Positions 28,439-38,489 of a DNA stretch of 64,000 nt are shown piece by piece (the first letter of the stretch is position 1; each line of letters starts with the position of its first letter). The DNA is from an uncultured delta proteobacterium (GTDB lineage Bacteria > Desulfobacterota > Desulfobacteria > Desulfobacterales > JAHEIW01). A program made the position numbers and the translations under genes. The notes beneath the pieces were generated by a model. The model did no database searches and was not told the origin of the DNA. It was given only the letters and a program-made list of their open reading frames with translations. The stretch lies in contig CAVPNL010000006.1 of the NCBI GenBank assembly GCA_963706575.1, positions 416,001-480,000 on the forward strand, read 5' to 3'.

Positions 28439-29587
28439 TTACTTCCCTTTGATAAGGTTATTGGCTATTACCAGGTGCATGATTTCATTGGTGCCCTCAT
28501 AGATCTGGCATATTTTGGCATCCCTCATATGCCTTTCCATGGGATATTCCTTGCAGTACCCATATCCGCCTAAAATTTGAACCCCCTCAACAGAGGCACG
28601 CATCGCCGCATCGGACGCATACATCTTAGCCATAGCGGCTGCTTTTTCAAAAAGTTTTCCATTATCCTCCAGCCAAGCAGCCCTCAGGGTCATCAGCTCG
28701 GCGGCATCCAGTTCCGTTGCCATATCTGCTAATTTCCACTGGATGGCCTGAAAGGAGGTTATGGGTTTACCAAATTGTTCACGTGTTTTAGCGTACTCCA
28801 GGGCCTCTTCCAGGACCGCTCTTCCAATCCCCACCGCCTGGGAAGCAATGCCGACCCGGCCGCCATCAAGGGTGGTGAGCATCTGCTTGAATCCTTCCCC
28901 TTCTTTGCCAAGAAGCGCGTCAGCAGGCACCCTGGCGTCCTCGAAGACCAGTTCAGCTGTGCCGGATGCATTGATTCCCAATTTGTCTTCCACATGGCCC
29001 ACTTTAAATCCCGGCGTATTTTCTAAATCAAGTACAAAGGAGCTGATCCCTTTGTAGCCTTTTCCCTTTTCTGTTACAGCAGCGATCACCGCGTATGCGG
29101 CCACATTACCACTAGTGATGAATTTTTTTTCTCCATTGATGATCCATTCATTTCCATCCCTGACAGCAGAGGTGCGCAGGGCAGCCGGATCCGAGCCCGC
29201 TCCTGCCTCAGTCAATCCGTAGCAGCCTATTTTTTCGCCTGCGGCAACCGGGGAAAGGTATTTCATTTTCTGTTCGTGAGTGCCATAAGCCATCACCGGA
29301 TAACAGTAGAGCGAGTTGTTCACCGACATGATGGCACCTGTACTGGCACACGCCTTGGAGATCTCGATAAGCGTCACCACATAGCTGACGTTATCCATAC
29401 CCCCTCCGCCGTATTCTTCAGGCACCGCAATCCCCATCATCTTCAGTTCACCCAGCTGTTTGATGATTTCCGCCGGGTGTTCATGCTTCTCGTCCAATTC
29501 CGCGGCTTTAGGTTTGATCTCAGTCTCAGCAAATCGTCGAGCCATATCCCTTACCATCAATTGTTCTTCTGTAAGTTCAAAATCCAT
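28439..29587 (-). CDS. Acyl-CoA dehydrogenase (butyryl-CoA dehydrogenase-like)
   Basis: LTEAGAGSD, LDGGRVGIA, REQFGKPI, ILGGYGY and IYEGTNEI; start ATG 29587 after GGGAG. Confidence 0.93.
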   Translation of the reverse strand: MDFELTEEQLMVRDMARRFAETEIKPKAAELDEKHEHPAEIIKQLGELKMMGIAVPEEYGGGGMDNVSYVVTLIEISKACASTGAIMSVNNSLYCYPVMAYGTHEQKMKYLSPVAAGEKIGCYGLTEAGAGSDPAALRTSAVRDGNEWIINGEKKFITSGNVAAYAVIAAVTEKGKGYKGISSFVLDLENTPGFKVGHVEDKLGINASGTAELVFEDARVPADALLGKEGEGFKQMLTTLDGGRVGIASQAVGIGRAVLEEALEYAKTREQFGKPITSFQAIQWKLADMATELDAAELMTLRAAWLEDNGKLFEKAAAMAKMYASDAAMRASVEGVQILGGYGYCKEYPMERHMRDAKICQIYEGTNEIMHLVIANNLIKGK

Positions 29588-29865
29588 TTTTTTATTTAGC
29601 TCCCTTTTCAAGTCAAGTTATGTGATTGTCGAATCTTATTATTCACCAGTCCATTTAAACTTCGCTGGCGTCTTGTAGCATAATCCTTCTTGTTTGTAAA
29701 TCGCAGCTGTTACCTATATGGGTCCTCAAATAAGCTTTGAAACTCATTACCCGTTGTATTTTTCGATTTCTGTTTTATTATTGAGTTAATCTGTGCCAAC
29801 GCTTTGTGGAGAAGAAAAGTATTTGCTCTTAAAATGGCTGTTACAGAAGAAGAAAGGAGCCCACG

Positions 29866-30333
29866 ATGATTGATATTCTGAAAAAGACCTACCTGGCGGG
29901 AGCAGGCCTGGCGGCTAAAACCTGGGATGAGGTGGAATCACTGTCAAAGGAGGTCGTTAAAAAGGCCAAGATGTCTGAAAAAGAGGGATCTAAATTTCTA
30001 AAGGACATGAAAAAGCGTTATGATGACACTCAGAAAAAAACGGGAACGTACGTGGAAAAGATCGTCAAGGATATTTTAAAAAAGATGGATATCGCTACGG
30101 CGGCTGATATTAAAGCCTTGAAAAAAGAGATCCAGCAGCTCAAAAAAGCAACTGGCATGACAGGTGCCAAAAAACGCGCCGGCGGTAAAGCTGCCAAGAA
30201 GCGTACGACGACGACTGCCAAGAAGCGTGCGGCCACCAAATCAGCCAAAAAATCCACTGGCCGTGCCAGCACTGCAAAGCGCACCGGCACCCGGGGCACA
30301 AAAAAGCGCACCCGCAGAGCGGGTTCGAAATAA
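29866..30333 (+). CDS. Phasin/PhaF-like protein with a basic histone-H1-like C-terminal tail
   Basis: LKK.YLAG.G N-terminus, IAT..DI..L...I..L coiled coil, and a K/R/A/T-rich tail of ~60 aa. Confidence 0.7.
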   Translation: MIDILKKTYLAGAGLAAKTWDEVESLSKEVVKKAKMSEKEGSKFLKDMKKRYDDTQKKTGTYVEKIVKDILKKMDIATAADIKALKKEIQQLKKATGMTGAKKRAGGKAAKKRTTTTAKKRAATKSAKKSTGRASTAKRTGTRGTKKRTRRAGSK

Positions 30334-30430
30334 CGCGAATATGGGTTTGTGGTAATTTTTAGGATATTTAGATCATGTGATTCGATCAAACCCGCTATTA
30401 AAATGCAAACTTGTCGGTATCCAGTGACGT

Positions 30431-31123
30431 TTAGAAGCGAATGGCTTTGATGATAAAAATGATGCCGACGATGATCATCAAAACCGCCCCGATTTTATAG
30501 ATAATCGCTCTTGATCTAAGCCAGCCCAGGTCGACGAGTTTGGCTACTAAAAACAGTGCCGGAACGGTTCCGAGCCCGAAAGCGGCCATGAGACCCATGC
30601 CGGCCAACACACCGTGATGGGTGGAACCGGCATCCATTCCGGCGCGAGCCGCCCCCAGCAATGCGGTATATACCGGGCCGCAGGGCAACAGCCCGAGCAA
30701 CAACCCCAGCGGAAAATAGACCAGGGTGGATTGTAGTTTCAGTAATTTGCCGTACCCTTTTGAAATAACGCCGCCGAGGCCGGATTGATCCCTAAAGATT
30801 TTGCCAAGCGGAATCCATCCCGCCATGGCCAATCCCATGAGCATAATTAAGGCACCGGTAAGAATCATCACACCCTTCTGGATCGTGTCAATGTTGGCGG
30901 TTATCATGGTAAGGGAGCCTGCGGCTGCCACCACCCCCCCCAGGATGGCATAGGTGATGATTCTTCCGAGATGATACAGCAGCTGGGGGGCGAGGATATT
31001 TTTTTCTTTAAGGTTCAGACTAAAGCTAACCACAATCGGTCCGCACATGCCGATGCAATGTCCGAAGCCGATGGTAAAGCCGCTGGAAAGATAAAGCAGG
31101 AATATCGTTTCAGTAGATAACAT
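30431..31123 (-). CDS. DsbD_2/TauE-like membrane protein
   Basis: GHCIGMCGP, YHLGRI.TY, GLLPCG.VY and AFGLGT.P. Confidence 0.85.
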   Translation of the reverse strand: MLSTETIFLLYLSSGFTIGFGHCIGMCGPIVVSFSLNLKEKNILAPQLLYHLGRIITYAILGGVVAAAGSLTMITANIDTIQKGVMILTGALIMLMGLAMAGWIPLGKIFRDQSGLGGVISKGYGKLLKLQSTLVYFPLGLLLGLLPCGPVYTALLGAARAGMDAGSTHHGVLAGMGLMAAFGLGTVPALFLVAKLVDLGWLRSRAIIYKIGAVLMIIVGIIFIIKAIRF

Positions 31124-31550
31124 CGAAGATAAATTCGGTTTGACCAACGTCAGGTATGATTACCGTCGCCTGCCAGGTCCGGCGGCCGCTGGGGCACCTG
31201 ACAATGACGCCCTGGCCCTCATAGGTGGCAATGCCGACGGATTTAAGTTGTACGCGGTTGGGGCCCATGTTCATACCCGGCATCCCTAGATCAATGTAGG
31301 GCAGTTTGGTGTTCGGCGGTAGTTTGCCGGTAAGCGTCACTTGAAACAATAGATCCTGCATCGCTTTTACCGGTCGGGGTGCCACCGCAAGGGTAACCGT
31401 GGATCCTGACAGGTTCTGAGTGCAGGCGCCCCGGTGCAGGTCGCAGTTAATCATTTCCTGATATTTATCGCCGGCTGAAATGCGCCCGGGAGCCGCCAGC
31501 AAAAAAGCAGTCAAGATTACAACGCTAAACAGAATTATAAGCGGTTTCAT
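31110..31550 (-). CDS. Secreted hypothetical protein (YtkA/FixH-like)
   Basis: Signal peptide, CDLH.G.C, MPGMNMG and RC.SG..TW; translationally coupled to the downstream gene. Confidence 0.6.
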   Translation of the reverse strand: MKPLIILFSVVILTAFLLAAPGRISAGDKYQEMINCDLHRGACTQNLSGSTVTLAVAPRPVKAMQDLLFQVTLTGKLPPNTKLPYIDLGMPGMNMGPNRVQLKSVGIATYEGQGVIVRCPSGRRTWQATVIIPDVGQTEFIFDVIY

Positions 31551-31681
31551 TTTTACTGCAGCAGTCTCCTTTTCCTGTTCCCGCCAAAAAGACATCCGCG
31601 GCTGCCCTATCCCGGCCGCGGATGCTGGAAATATATTTCTGTCTGTCTTCCGACTTCTGTCATGTGACCTCTGTCTTAAAT

Positions 31682-33358
31682 TTATAACAAGGTATAGCCC
31701 GGCCCTTCTCCCCCCTCCGGACACGTCCAGGTGATATTTTCATAGGGGTCTTTAATATCACAGGTTTTGCAGTGCAGGCAGTTGGAAGGATTCAGTTTCA
31801 GCCGGCGCTCACCGCTGTTATCATCAACCTCAATTTCATACACATCCCCTGGGCAAAACCGGGTGCAGGGGCTGCGGTACTTGGGATAGCAGGTGTTCAC
31901 GCAAAGATCCGTGTCGTGCACAATAATATGGGAGGGCTGATCTTCGCGGTGCTTGGTTTTGGACAAATAGACACTGGTGAGTTTATCCACAAACAGCTCG
32001 CCGTCATAAATTTTGGAATCAACGCCGGGCGGAACTTGAGCCTGCTCGCCTTCCAGCGGCTTGAGCGTCTTATAATCTTCCTCAAGGGACATGTTATCCA
32101 CAAAACCCCGTCCGCCGGTGAAGTATTGAGCGCCCAGATGGATAAATTTCATCAGACTGGTTTTTGAAAGGGCCTGGTAAAAATTGCGACCCTCATACAG
32201 TTGCGCTTTGATGTAACTGTTTTCAAACAAGTCGCTATAGGCTTGAAGGGCTTGCTGGTCAAAGCTTTCCTTTTCCTGCGCCGCCATGATGGCCTCCGCG
32301 GCAAGCATGCCGGATTTCATGGAAACATGGATGCCTTTCAATCCCGGCATATACTGAATGCCGGCGCTGGCGCCGATAAACAGACCGCCGTCAACGGCCA
32401 GTTTGGGCAATGTATAATATCCGCCGGTGGCAACCGCTCTGGCACCGGCCTCAACGACCTTGCCGCCCTTGATGATGTTGGCCACGAACGGATGGCTTTT
32501 AAATTTGATAAAGGTCTCGTAAAGGTCCAGCAGGGGGTCTTCATAGCAAAGTCCGGTCAGAAACCCCAGTGTCAGGCGGTTGTCGCTCATCTGATAGATA
32601 AACGCGCCGCCGGGTATATACAGCCCGATGGGGTAGCCCATTAAATGGATATCGTTGCCCTTGCTGGTTTTAAAATAATTGGACGCTTCAGGCAGTTCGA
32701 TGACCTCTTCGATGCCGGTCTCAAACACCTGGGGCATTTTGCCCTCCATCAGGTTTAATTTTTGATCGATTTCCTTGAACAGACTGCCGCGGGCCCCCTC
32801 TCCAAAGACGGTTACCTTGGCTTTCAAATCGATGCCGGGTTCAAAATTTGCTTTGGGTTCCCCGTCGGGCCCAATGCCCTGGTCGCCGGTGCGCACCCCG
32901 ACAATGGTTTTGCCGTCATCGGCGTAAAGGACCTCCTTGCCGGCAAAACCGGGGAAAATATTGACACCCATCTCTTCCGCCAGCTGCCCCAGCCAGCGGG
33001 TGAACCGGGAAAGACTGATGATCAGACTGCCCGTGTTGTGCATCGGTTTGGGCACAAACGGCACCGGAATGGCTGAGGTTTCGGTTAAATAATAAAATTC
33101 ATCCCCTCTGACGGTGGCCTCAATGGGGCACCCTTTGTCCGCGTAATCCGGCACGAGCTCATTGAGGGCGATGGGATCCATGACGGCCCCGCTTAAGGCA
33201 TGGGAACCGATTTCGGCGCCTTTTTCGATCAGGGCCACTTCCAGCTCCAGATTTTTCTCCTTGGCCAATTGCATCAGTTTAATGGCACCCGCCAGACTGG
33301 CCGGGCCGCCGCCGACAAATAGCACGTCAAAATCGATACTTTCACGCTCTACGGTCAT
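31682..33358 (-). CDS. Electron transfer flavoprotein:quinone oxidoreductase
   Basis: VGGGPA, EKG..IG.H.LSGA, GEGARGSL, KGIH..MKSG, HREDQPSH, and FCP..VYE...NCLHCKTCDIKDP 4Fe-4S tail. Confidence 0.92.
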   Translation of the reverse strand: MTVERESIDFDVLFVGGGPASLAGAIKLMQLAKEKNLELEVALIEKGAEIGSHALSGAVMDPIALNELVPDYADKGCPIEATVRGDEFYYLTETSAIPVPFVPKPMHNTGSLIISLSRFTRWLGQLAEEMGVNIFPGFAGKEVLYADDGKTIVGVRTGDQGIGPDGEPKANFEPGIDLKAKVTVFGEGARGSLFKEIDQKLNLMEGKMPQVFETGIEEVIELPEASNYFKTSKGNDIHLMGYPIGLYIPGGAFIYQMSDNRLTLGFLTGLCYEDPLLDLYETFIKFKSHPFVANIIKGGKVVEAGARAVATGGYYTLPKLAVDGGLFIGASAGIQYMPGLKGIHVSMKSGMLAAEAIMAAQEKESFDQQALQAYSDLFENSYIKAQLYEGRNFYQALSKTSLMKFIHLGAQYFTGGRGFVDNMSLEEDYKTLKPLEGEQAQVPPGVDSKIYDGELFVDKLTSVYLSKTKHREDQPSHIIVHDTDLCVNTCYPKYRSPCTRFCPGDVYEIEVDDNSGERRLKLNPSNCLHCKTCDIKDPYENITWTCPEGGEGPGYTLL

Positions 33359-33569
33359 TGTTGTTACTCCTGTTTACGCTAAGTGTTTAAATTTATAATG
33401 TTAAAAAACGTCCAAGGCTGCACCCAAAAACACAAACGCTGATGTTTAGCATAATCCATGATCTTTGTAAATTATAAGATGTATTCTGAAAACCGAATAG
33501 CCCGTATCTTGTTCAAAAAAAAGACAGAGACACCGTCATCTCTGCCTTTTAGCCAATCATTTGTTCATC

Positions 33570-34382
33570 TTATCCCAGCGCAACGTCCAATGTCATCATG
33601 ACGGCGAAGCCGACCATGGCACCGATGGTAGCGATATCGGTATTTTTTTCCAGCTGCGACTCCGGAATCAGCTCTTCGACAACCACGTAGATCATTGCGC
33701 CGGCCGCAAAGGCTAAAGCATACGGCAATATCGGCTTTATCAGGATGACCGCCAAAGCTCCCGCAACACCTGCAATCGGTTCAACAACGCCGGACAGTTG
33801 ACCGTACCAGAAGCTCTTTAAACGCGAAAATCCTTCGCGGCGCAGCGGAACAGAAACTGCAGCGCCCTCCGGGAAATTTTGAATGCCGATACCCAGCGCC
33901 AGCGCGATCGCTCCGGCCAGGGAAGCGGCAGGTAAATCTGATGCCAGTGCACCAAAAGCCACCCCGACCGCCAGACCTTCCGGTATATTGTGCAGCGTTA
34001 TGGCCAGGACCAACAGCACGCTGCGGTGCCAGCTGGTTTTAATGCCCTCGGCTTCCTCCCTGGGAAAACCCAGGTGCAGATGCGGAAGTATTTTATCGAT
34101 AATCCACAGAAAGAATCCACCCATTAAAAATCCGACTGTGGCCGGCACCCAAGCCGGCAAACTGCCCTCTTCAGCCATTTCAATGGCGGGCGCCAGCAGA
34201 GACCAATAACTGGCGGCGATCATAACACCCGCCGCAAAACCGAGCATGCCGTCCAATACTTTTCGCCTGATAGTCTTGAAAAAGAAAACAAGACCGGCGC
34301 CCAGGGCGGTTAAAAACCAGGTAAACAAGGTTGCAACCAATGCTTGCCCAACCGGGTTCAATCCTGAAAACCAGTCAACCAT
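33570..34382 (-). CDS. ZIP-family metal transporter (GufA/ZupT-like)
   Basis: GFAAGVM, HNIPEG, QNFPEG, VEP and [16 protein letters not shown]. Confidence 0.92.
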   Translation of the reverse strand: MVDWFSGLNPVGQALVATLFTWFLTALGAGLVFFFKTIRRKVLDGMLGFAAGVMIAASYWSLLAPAIEMAEEGSLPAWVPATVGFLMGGFFLWIIDKILPHLHLGFPREEAEGIKTSWHRSVLLVLAITLHNIPEGLAVGVAFGALASDLPAASLAGAIALALGIGIQNFPEGAAVSVPLRREGFSRLKSFWYGQLSGVVEPIAGVAGALAVILIKPILPYALAFAAGAMIYVVVEELIPESQLEKNTDIATIGAMVGFAVMMTLDVALG

Positions 34383-34675
34383 TTTATTTCCTCCTTATCG
34401 AGCGATCGCAAATAAACTTCTTTATTGCATCTTTAACGTCAAAGTGAAAAAGTTTTTACCCTGAGGATATAATTATATCTTTCGCCTTCGGACGGTCAAG
34501 GAAAACTCATAAAGATAATGATAAAAGCAGGATTGAGTCTTTTTCTAACAAGCGGGTGCAGCCGGTTTGACCCAATTTGCGGCGGTCCTTATTTTTTCAG
34601 GTGTAAATTCTATTGAATCTTCCCCGTTTTTTTACTAAATGTATGAGTTCAAACCCACCCGGGGAAAATGTCTTT

Positions 34676-36070
34676 ATGAAATTGTATCTCTACAATTCGC
34701 TGACAAGGAAAAAGGAAGAATTTAAGCCCATCAAGCCCGGCAAGGTCGGTCTGTATACCTGCGGGCCGACGGTTTACAATTATGCCCATATCGGAAATTT
34801 GCGCACTTACATTTTCGAAGACATCCTGAAGCGTGTGCTGGCTTACAACGATTATGCGGTCAAGCATGTCATGAACATCACCGATGTGGGGCACCTGACC
34901 GGTGATCGCGATATGGGCGAAGACAAGATGGAAAAGGGTGCGGCCCGGGAGGGCAAAAGTGCCTGGGATATTGCTGATTTTTACACCCAGGCCTTTAAAA
35001 AGGACATAAGCCATCTCAACATTCTGGCGCCGGACATCTGGGTCAAGGCCACCGATACCATACCGGAACAGATTGCCCTGGTCGCAACTTTGGAAGAAAA
35101 AGGTTACACCTACCGGACCGATGACGGTATTTATTTTGATACTGCCAAATTCAAGGATTACACCAAGCTGTCCCATCAGGACCTTGAAGCGCTCAAGGAA
35201 GGTGCCCGGGTAGAACGCAACCCCGAAAAACGCAATCCGACTGATTTTGCCCTCTGGAAGTTCTCCCCGCAAGGTTCAAAACGGCAGATGGAATGGGACT
35301 CCCCCTGGGGCGTGGGCTTTCCGGGCTGGCATCTGGAGTGCTCGGCCATGAGCATGAAATTTTTAGGCGACCAGCTGGACATTCACTGCGGCGGCACCGA
35401 TCACATCGATGTTCACCACACCAATGAAATTGCACAATCAGAAGCGGCTACAGGCAAACCTTTTTTTAATTTCTGGATGCACGGGGCCTTTCTCATCATT
35501 CAGGGCGGCAAAAAAATGGCCAAAAGCGAGGGAAACTTTCTGACACTCGAAAATGCTTTTCTTAAAAATGATATCAACCCGTTAGTCTACCGCTTTGCGT
35601 CTTTTTTAACCCATTACCGCAAACCTATGGAATACAGCGATGAGGGCCTGGAGGCCGCGCGCAATGGCTTGCTGCATGTGCAAAACCAGGTGCGCCAGAT
35701 CGCTGCTGCCGGCGTTGACGCCGAAACATCCGTTAGCGCTGTCTTTAAAAGCAAATTCAGCGAAGCCGTCAACGATGATTTAAATATGCCCCGGGCCATG
35801 GCGGTTATCCAGGAGATGCTCAAAAGCAAGATCAGCGATGCTCAAAAGTACAGCACCATTTTAGATTTTGACCGGGTGCTGGGGTTGCAGCTGGATCAGC
35901 TCGATCAAGCGCAAGCCTTGCCCGCAGCGGTTCAAAAATTGGTGGAGGCTCGCCAGCAGGCCCGGCAAGCCAGCGATTTTGCAGCTTCCGATCAACTGCG
36001 CGCTGAAATTGAAGCGTTGGGCTATCAGGTCCAGGACACCAAAGATGGCATGAAGGTCGTAAAGAAATAA
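34676..36070 (+). CDS. cysS: Cysteine--tRNA ligase
   Basis: CGPTVY, HIGN, NITDVGH, DFALWK, PGWHLECS, HH.NEIAQ and KMAKS. Confidence 0.96.
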   Translation: MKLYLYNSLTRKKEEFKPIKPGKVGLYTCGPTVYNYAHIGNLRTYIFEDILKRVLAYNDYAVKHVMNITDVGHLTGDRDMGEDKMEKGAAREGKSAWDIADFYTQAFKKDISHLNILAPDIWVKATDTIPEQIALVATLEEKGYTYRTDDGIYFDTAKFKDYTKLSHQDLEALKEGARVERNPEKRNPTDFALWKFSPQGSKRQMEWDSPWGVGFPGWHLECSAMSMKFLGDQLDIHCGGTDHIDVHHTNEIAQSEAATGKPFFNFWMHGAFLIIQGGKKMAKSEGNFLTLENAFLKNDINPLVYRFASFLTHYRKPMEYSDEGLEAARNGLLHVQNQVRQIAAAGVDAETSVSAVFKSKFSEAVNDDLNMPRAMAVIQEMLKSKISDAQKYSTILDFDRVLGLQLDQLDQAQALPAAVQKLVEARQQARQASDFAASDQLRAEIEALGYQVQDTKDGMKVVKK

Positions 36071-36333
36071 TATTTTTTGTACTCACCCTTTCCTGAAGCC
36101 AATTTCTTTATTCGTCACAAGGTGCATTTTCTTGACTATTCAATGGTTATATCATATTTACCCTATGATGAGGCCGGCACCGCAGCCAAGCTGATTTTTC
36201 GACTAAAGTTATCTCCTGTTGAGTTGTCTCCAGCTGAATTTTAGACTGATTCCACATTTACGGTTACCCGTTTACTCTCAAAACAGGTCTCAGACGAAAA
36301 CTCTGAATCGAATTCCTAAAGGAGGTAAAGACC

Positions 36334-36981
36334 ATGTTGGTAAAATCCCGAATGAGCACGTATCCCCTGACGATTGGCCCGGACGAGTCCCTTTCAGACG
36401 CACATAACTATATGCGTGAGCAAAAAGTAAGACATTTGCCCGTGGTGAATCCGGATGATAAGATGCTTGGATTGATTGCCGAAGATGATCTGCTCAAGGC
36501 CGAACCCTCCAGTGCGACCTCATTGAGTGTGTGGGAGATTCATCATCTGCTGATGGAAGTCAAAGTGAAAACCGTCATGGTAAAGAATGTCATAACAACA
36601 ACAGAGGATACCCCCATTGAGGAAGCCGCGCACCTGATGCTTGACAATAAAATAGGTTGTCTGCCGGTGATGCGGGATGACAAGCTGGTGGGTATCATCA
36701 CTGAAAGCGATATCTTCCGTACTTTCATGGAATTGTTTGCCGCACGGGAAAAAGGCCTGCGAATCACGCTGGAGAGCCCAAACAAGGCCGGGGGATTAGC
36801 AAAGATTACAAAAGCGGTGGCGGATGAAGGCGGCTACATATCCGCATGTGGGACCTTTAACCTGGAGGATACCACTAAAAAAGGGGTTGCCCTCAAAGTA
36901 AGAAATGTGGACCGCGACATTCTAACCGACGCGCTGTCGAAGGTTGAGGGGTTAGCGATCATCGACATCCGTAAGATCTAG
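36334..36981 (+). CDS. CBS-pair plus ACT domain protein (AcuB-like)
   Basis: VRHLPVV, PSSATSLSVWE, KIGCLPV and GIITESDIF; RBS GGAGG. Confidence 0.88.
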   Translation: MLVKSRMSTYPLTIGPDESLSDAHNYMREQKVRHLPVVNPDDKMLGLIAEDDLLKAEPSSATSLSVWEIHHLLMEVKVKTVMVKNVITTTEDTPIEEAAHLMLDNKIGCLPVMRDDKLVGIITESDIFRTFMELFAAREKGLRITLESPNKAGGLAKITKAVADEGGYISACGTFNLEDTTKKGVALKVRNVDRDILTDALSKVEGLAIIDIRKI

Positions 36982-37185
36982 TTTGCGTATTTCTTCTTTT
37001 CGAAGATTGGACTGACACCAGCTGGGCAAAACCAAATGATAGTCTTGCCTTCAAGCGCGGAAGACTGCCCTGACCGTATGGGGCATCTTCCGAGGCCCTT
37101 GTATACCACTCTATTCATTTTATTCAAATCTCCCACCTGATTCCAGCAAACCGGTTGCACAAATCAATTTTAAAAGCAGTTTCAA

Positions 37186-37221
37186 TTGACAATCATAACA
37201 AAATGCAACATATTTGCATTT
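37186..37221 (+). promoter_or_regulatory. Sigma70 promoter of znuACB-zur with an overlapping Zur box
   Basis: TTGACA (37186)-17-CATATT; palindrome AAATGCAACATATTTGCATTT (37201-37221) resembles the deltaproteobacterial ATGCAAC-N3-GTTGCAT Zur motif as I recall it. Confidence 0.75.
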
Positions 37222-37269
37222 AGCAGGATAAATTTTCTTGTTGGCAACATTTTTTATCAGGATAGATAC

Positions 37270-37568
37270 TAGAATCTCAAAATTAGCAGTTTATCTTGGA
37301 AGACAGAGAAAAAAGTTCCAAAGGTGCTCTAAAGTTAGAAGTGCCTAAAATGCCTAAAATGAGCTAAAATGCCTAAAGTTAAGGTTTCGCTCGCGCTCCG
37401 TCTTTATTTAATATGATCGTTCGACCCAGAGGCTCTCGACGGGTAGAATTCCTCAACTTTAGGCATTTTAGATCATTTTAAATTTTAGTGCATTTGTTGT
37501 TATAAGCACTTTTTTTAGGTTTAAAACTTTAGCGTCCGATGTTAAATGCATTTTTGAGATAGGTCCTA
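37270..37568. mobile_element. ~300-bp MITE-like composite repeat, copy A (core in orientation 1)
   Basis: Ends TAGAATCTCAAAA and TTTTGAGATAGGTCCTA; TGCCTAAAA nonamer arms; homologous to 50107-50406. Confidence 0.8.
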
Positions 37569-38483
37569 ATGATGTGGCTGAATCAACGGAAGCTTGTTTT
37601 ATTCGCTATATTCTTGGTTTCGGCGATTTTTTTGTTCCCCTGCGGTGGGCATGCCCAGGCCGGCAAAAAGCTGACGGTGTTTGTGAGCATCCCACCCCAA
37701 AAATATTTTCTGCAACAAATTGGCAAGCAACGGGTGGATGTTCAGGTGATGGTTCAACCGGGGGCCAGCCCGGCGACTTACGAACCCAGGCCACGGCAGA
37801 TGGCCGCAATTTCCAGGACGCATATCTATTTTGCGATCGGGGTACCCTTTGAAAAAACCTGGCTGGAAAAAATTGCGGCAGCCAACCGCGACATGCAGGT
37901 GGTGCATACCGACCATGGCATCCAAAAAATCCCCATGGCAGCAAATTACACCAAATCTGAAGACCACCGGGGAAAAGACCATCAAGGCCATCTCGGCGAG
38001 CTTGATCCTCACATCTGGCTGTCGCCAGCATTGGTGATGACCCAGGCGCGCACAATTTTGAATGCTTTAGTTGAAATTGATCCGGACCATAGCGCGATAT
38101 ATGAAGCCAACACTAAGGACTTTGTCTCAAAACTTGCGGCTTTGGATGCCGACCTCAAAAATACTTTTGCAGGCAAACAGGGATTTCAATTTATGGTCTT
38201 TCACCCGTCCTGGGGCTATTTTGCCCGTAACTATGGTTTGCAACAGGTGCCGGTCGAAATTGAAGGCAAAGACCCCAAGCCGGCTCAGCTCAAAGCGCTG
38301 ATCGAGTATGCCCACAAGAAGCATATCCATATCATCTTTGTGCAACCGCAGTTTTCATCCAGGAGCGCCGAGCGGGTAGCAAAAGAAATTGGCGGACAGG
38401 TGATATTTGCCGATCCGCTGGCTTCCGATTGGTTGGCTAACCTTCGCGAGGTCGCGCAAAAATTCAAAGTGGCACTAAAATAG
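37569..38483 (+). CDS. znuA: Zinc ABC transporter substrate-binding protein
   Basis: Signal peptide, PGASPATYEP, His-rich loop, DPHIWLSP, FHPSWGYF and VQPQF. Confidence 0.9.
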   Translation: MMWLNQRKLVLFAIFLVSAIFLFPCGGHAQAGKKLTVFVSIPPQKYFLQQIGKQRVDVQVMVQPGASPATYEPRPRQMAAISRTHIYFAIGVPFEKTWLEKIAAANRDMQVVHTDHGIQKIPMAANYTKSEDHRGKDHQGHLGELDPHIWLSPALVMTQARTILNALVEIDPDHSAIYEANTKDFVSKLAALDADLKNTFAGKQGFQFMVFHPSWGYFARNYGLQQVPVEIEGKDPKPAQLKALIEYAHKKHIHIIFVQPQFSSRSAERVAKEIGGQVIFADPLASDWLANLREVAQKFKVALK

Positions 38484-38489
38484 AACCCT

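Noticed and set aside
37330..37500. Tandem repeats (here and at 1880, 22403 and 50180) as a CRISPR array
   Set aside because: Units are 7-9 nt with no unique 25-40 nt spacers, and there are no cas genes
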